Assembly (NCBI RefSeq): GCF_001194135.2
Contig: NC_068999.1
Span: 35,877,492-35,912,601 of the forward strand
Direction: 5' to 3'
Length of the DNA: 35,110 bases
DNA from: Octopus bimaculoides
Taxonomy: Eukaryota
The position numbers and the translations under genes are program-made. Below are positions 34,021 through 35,110 of the stretch, one piece after another. Position 1 is the first letter of the stretch; the number at the start of each line of letters is the position of its first letter. The notes below the pieces were generated by a model, which did no database searches, had not been told where the DNA came from, and saw only the letters and a list, made by a program, of their open reading frames with translations.

Positions 34021-34776
34021 AAGAAAAAGTGGGAGTGGATTGGTAGCACAATTAGAAAGGACACACCAAATGCAGCGAAAAGCGCTTTACAGTGGAATCC
34101 AGATGGATATAGAAAGAGAGGTAGGCTTAAGAACTCGTGGTGTAGATCAACACAAAAGGAGCTAGAGAAAGGGGGACATTCATGGCAGAGTATAAGTACA
34201 GAAGCGAAAAATTATGCGACATGGAATTCAATTATAAGTGGCCTATACTCCGCGTTGTAGGGTTAAATGCAAGAAAGAATATATATATATATATTTGATA
34301 AAAATTGTTAACAAGGAGTACGGTTGGACATTTAGTTTTTAATCACTACAATTGTTTCCATGCAACGTAGTTCTCCAGGTGTGCAGGTACTTAATTATGC
34401 AACTGTTTCCCTGCATTATGAAATCTAATTGTATTTCCTCAGGCGATATGTAAATATTGTCTCCGTAAGTGCACGTTCCTTTCTTCAAGAACATCCTTTC
34501 TATCTCTCGTGGCCTGAAATTAGTAGTAGAAGTAGTCACTGAGTTCATCACGGTGTGGTGTTGCTGAAGGACTAGGTTGCGTGGAATAGATTGTAGTGAA
34601 TAAAAATAACTGTCTAACCGTGCTCCTTTTTGTGACTCCAATTTTTTTCAATTATCTATTCACACATGACAGGTGTCCGAACACAAACCAGGAAGTACGT
34701 ATAATATTACTACTGGATACTACAGGGTGAAAACTGAAGGTAGACGGCATATATACTATACTCTATTACGGTCTTA

Positions 34777-35110
34777 GTGGAGGCTCAATGGCCCAGTGGT
34801 TAGGGCAGCGGACTCGCGGTCATAGGATCGCGGTTTCGATTCCCAGACCGGGCGTTGTGAATGTTTATTGAGCGAAAACGCCGAAAGCTCCACGAGGCTC
34901 CGGCAAGAGATGGTGGCGAACCCTGCTGAACTCTTTCACCACTTTCTCTCACTCTTACTTACTATTTCTGCTGTTCCTGTTATTCAAAGGGTCAGCCTTG
35001 TCACACTGTGTTACGTTGAATATCCCCGAGAACTACGTTAAGGGTACACGTGTCTGTGGAGTACTCAGCCACTTGCACGTTAATTTCATGAGCAGGCTGT
35101 TCCGGTGTTC
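34777..35110 (+). mobile_element. tRNA-derived SINE (family C), runs off the window end
   Basis: A box TGGCCCAGTGG and B-box-like TTTCGATTCCC; body shared with 9146 and tail shared with 27713. Confidence 0.82.

Noticed and set aside
34339-34641. Minus-strand ORF with an acceptor-like TTTCAG at 34514
   Set aside because: Phase 0 and phase 1 readings hit stops, the open phase has no EGF pattern, and there is no good donor; not accepted as an upstream exon.
84-35110. CRISPR-like repeat-spacer arrays
   Set aside because: No constant repeat with unique equal-length spacers; tandem structures are microsatellites or two-copy duplications in a eukaryotic context.

Overview
AT-rich, microsatellite-saturated metazoan genomic DNA with about 2.9 kb of N gaps. 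The SINE families and repeat style point to an octopus (coleoid cephalopod) draft assembly; this is an inference. Most ORFs in the supplied track are artefacts of simple repeats or N runs. The only host gene I can support is on the minus strand: the last three coding exons (28348-28482, 19650-19863, 4355-4592) of a single-pass EGF-repeat membrane protein resembling DNER (Delta/Notch-like EGF-related receptor). All three have canonical splice sites and matching phases. The introns hold decayed transposons: two Tc1-like elements, a mariner, a maT/DD37D-like fragment, a hAT MITE with an 8-bp TSD, a Chapaev-like transposase remnant, an L1/Tx1-like 3' end and many tRNA-derived SINEs. The most unusual signals are two minimal type I hammerhead-ribozyme motifs (10988-11026 and 32484-32520, both minus strand) in repeat elements next to (TA)n tracts, resembling Penelope-like/retrozyme elements, and three long fold-back palindromes (2191-2340, 14398-14876, 22337-22703). 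No CRISPR array, rRNA or true tRNA gene is supported.
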